Assembly (NCBI GenBank): GCA_013239625.1
Contig: MU053557.1
Coordinates: 875,063-939,062 of the forward strand
From: Lama guanicoe
Taxonomy: Eukaryota
Length of the DNA: 64,000 nucleotides
Reading direction: 5' to 3'
Under the pieces are notes generated by a model. That model had not been told where the DNA came from and did no database searches. It worked only from the letters and a program-made list of their open reading frames with translations. Position 1 is the first letter of the stretch; every line of letters begins with the position of its first letter. Shown piece after piece: positions 61,520-64,000 of the stretch. The translations under genes were made by a program, and so were the position numbers.

Positions 61520-61920
61520 CTGATGGAACAGGCGTTAGTCTTGGAACTAGACCTGCTAAATATCAGTCCTAGTTTCGCCTTAGATCAGCTTTGTGACTCA
61601 TGGGCAAATTAGTCAAAAATTATGAAATTCAGTTTCTTCATCAATAAAATAGGAGTAATATTTACCCTAGAGCAGTGATTCTCAGCTAGAGGTGACTTTC
61701 GTTGTCTTGACTGAGGAGCAGAGGTGCTACTGACAGCTAATGGGTAGAGGCCAGGGATGCTGGCACACATCCTACGGCGCACGGGATTCAGCCCCAGCAT
61801 CAGTGGTACTGAGGTTTAGAAACTCTGCCTCAGAGTGTTGTTACTTGAATAAAATAACAATGTTTGTGAAGCACTTAGCCTTGTGCATGACGTGTGGTAG
61901 GAGTTCATAATTCGTTAATG
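61520..61920 (+). mobile_element. MIR split by MER20
   Basis: ttcagtttcttcatcaataaaataggagtaata before the insert; agagtgttgtt...tgtgaagcacttagc after it. Confidence 0.75.
61673..61827 (+). mobile_element. MER20 with internal deletions
   Basis: cagtgattctca...ggtgctactgacagctaatgggtagaggccagggatgctg...gaaactctg; TSD ccctagag/cctcagag. Confidence 0.88.
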
Positions 61921-62059
61921 TCATCTGCCAGGCGTTACTCACTAATGTGAGTTTCCAGGCTTCTGTCAGGTCCAAGCACTGTGATCAACAAATTCATACA
62001 GAGGTGTCACACTAATTCTTCTGTCAACGGTATATGCAGTTAAAAAGTAGGCCTCTTAG

Positions 62060-62285
62060 AGGCTGATTCTGAGTGTATCTTTATGATGGAATGTCAGCCC
62101 TTGGCACCTGGGGAAGTTAGGTTTCCCCTCACCTCCTCTTCCCCCACAAGGAGGCAGGAATCTGGCACTGTAATTTCTTACCTCTCCTTACTGGTTGTGA
62201 AGATCGGTGCGACGATGCAGGTAACGCGTCCAGCCCTGTGTATGGCATAGGGTGGGTGTAAATGTAGGTCAGCGTTATCATCACT
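62060..62285 (+). mobile_element. Degraded MIR
   Basis: cttacctctccttactggttgtgaagatcggtgcgacgatgcaggtaacgcgtccagccctgtgtatggcatag. Confidence 0.6.
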
Positions 62286-63399
62286 TAGTGTCTGTCTGTC
62301 TCTCTCTGTCCATTAGGCTTGTGGTCATATTAAAGGAATCTGCTTTCTCCACCCTGCTCTGTCCTGTGTTAATCACTGTGCTCAGTAATGAACTCTTCCT
62401 GAGAGCTTTTCTTCCCCAGATGATGGACTGTTGAGATAGGAAACCCTCCCCAGTTGGGTTTGATTTGGCCTACAAGGTCCCAGACGGGGCTCGAGACCTG
62501 CACCTGGGCTCTGACAGCACTGCTGGGCCCCTTTCTCTTTCCTTATTGTAAAACAAGGGTGCTCAGTGGCCTGGAAGATCCCTTCTGGGTCTCTCACTCT
62601 GTGGCTCTGCCTGGGCCTGCCCACGGCGAGTTCTGCATCACACCCCGGTTGGCCTGCTCATGGCTGTGCTTCTCACGGTCCGAAGTTTTTCTGGTTACCT
62701 TCGACTTCAAAGCCGTTTATGACTTATAAATGTTCCAAGACAGTTCTTTTTTTTTTATCTGTGATTCTCAAAAAAATCACAGTGTTCTCTGGCTCTTAAA
62801 CCACTGCTCTAGGTTAATTTGGCTTTTTTTTTTTCTTCCACCAGGAAGTTCAACAGAAATTTATGTTTGCTTTTATCAATAAGCCATAGATTGTTGTATT
62901 TTGATTTTACCCCTTTGAGGAGGTATCACATACTGATTGGTTATTGAAAATTCCTTAAGCAGTATTGGCAAATGTTAAATCTTACTCATCTGGCAAAGGG
63001 CTTTTTTTCCTGTGCTAATTAAGTGCGTACTTCAAACACTGTTGATTGCTGCCAGGGCAGCCCGGGTAGAACGAAGGCCGGCGGAGGGGTGTGACATACC
63101 CTGACATCAGGAAGGGTGCCAGAACTCTTCAGCCTTCATTTACTTTATTTTCACTTCTCTCCAGTGAACATGGGGAAGGGAGCTGAGGTTTCTTTTATAA
63201 ATATAATGATAAAAGACCCATGAAAATCTACATTTTCAAGTTGTCTAATCAGTTGATTAATTTCTAAAGCTACTGAAGGGCTGGAAACCCTGGGACTATC
63301 ACATCTCGAAGTCAATACTTTAACCCTTTTGGCGTCTTAGTGTTTTTGAAATGTTTCTAGTAGAAAATCCTTGTGATGTTGAATCATGTGTCCAACAAA

Positions 63400-63630
63400 A
63401 AGAGCAGAGAGTTGGTATTAAAAGAAATCTGAGTTTGAATTCTCAGTCTTCCACTTGTAAACTCGGTAACTTTGGGTCAGATAGTTAGCCATTTTAAGCT
63501 ACAGTCTCCTTGCCCATAAAAAGTAAAGAGAATACCATCCACTTAACAGAGTTATTGTGAAGGTTAAATTATCTAAACTCCTAAGCACAACGCTAGGCAC
63601 TTAGGGTCCTCAACAAATGAGAGCTATTGT
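63400..63630 (+). mobile_element. MIR SINE
   Basis: ctgagtttgaattctcag...gagttattgtgaaggttaaat...agcacaacgctaggcacttagggtcctcaacaaatg. Confidence 0.75.
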
Positions 63631-64000
63631 TTTGATGCTAAGTTTCTGGTTTTCGAGGTACAGCTATTATCTTGTTCACTGTTGGAGTAGCTGGGTACAG
63701 CAGGTGGTAGTATCATTACCTTTGTGTGTCTTTTGAGAGTGTTAATCAAATTTGTTGGGACTAGTGTAGCCAAGAGGCTATGATTCCAGAGAAGAAACAA
63801 GTTACCTGCAAAGTGGCTCAGAAAAGTGACTGTACTTGTGCCCTAAAGCACAGGCCAGTGTCAGTGCTGGAACTGCACACGTGCTGAGAGCATGGAAGAT
63901 AAGCTAGACAGACATTAAGTGTTTCTATGAATTTGATGTCGTATTCAAGACTTACTGTAAGTAACACAACATGAAATTTCCCTAGATTAGGCAAAAAGAG

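Noticed and set aside
61325..62860. Strong polypyrimidine-AG acceptors at ~61351 and ~62844
   Set aside because: No matching consensus donor within exon distance and no recognisable reading frame.
1..64000. ORF track entries as protein-coding genes
   Set aside because: All are short (60-171 aa), many start at GTG/TTG, many overlap repeats, and none resembles a protein I recognise except L1 ORF2 remnants; consistent with chance ORFs.
1..64000. CRISPR array, operon, defence or other prokaryotic system
   Set aside because: No regularly spaced repeats or gene-dense structure; the sequence is mammalian.

Overview
Mammalian genomic DNA, CpG-depleted and rich in interspersed repeats. I find no supportable protein-coding exon, RNA gene or prokaryotic-type system. 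The window is a mosaic of ancient eutherian repeats (MIR, L2, MLT1 LTRs, MER DNA transposons, L1M LINEs), a few young L1 3' fragments that look camelid, and unique spacers that may hold regulatory elements. The only ORFs resembling a protein I recognise are degraded L1 ORF2 pieces. Most L1 sequence is on the minus strand, which hints at an intron of a plus-strand gene, but I cannot name the gene. The best-supported structure is insertion history: a nested MLT1D/MLT1C/L1 stack with an 18-bp TSD, a ~9.7-kb L1 composite splitting an L2 with a surviving TSD, an 87-bp locally templated insertion inside an L1, and a twin-priming L1 inversion. There is also a candidate non-coding exon and several motif-dense unique segments. 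Repeat family names come from my recollection of consensus sequences, and boundaries are approximate unless a TSD fixes them. I see no evidence of a novel biological system.
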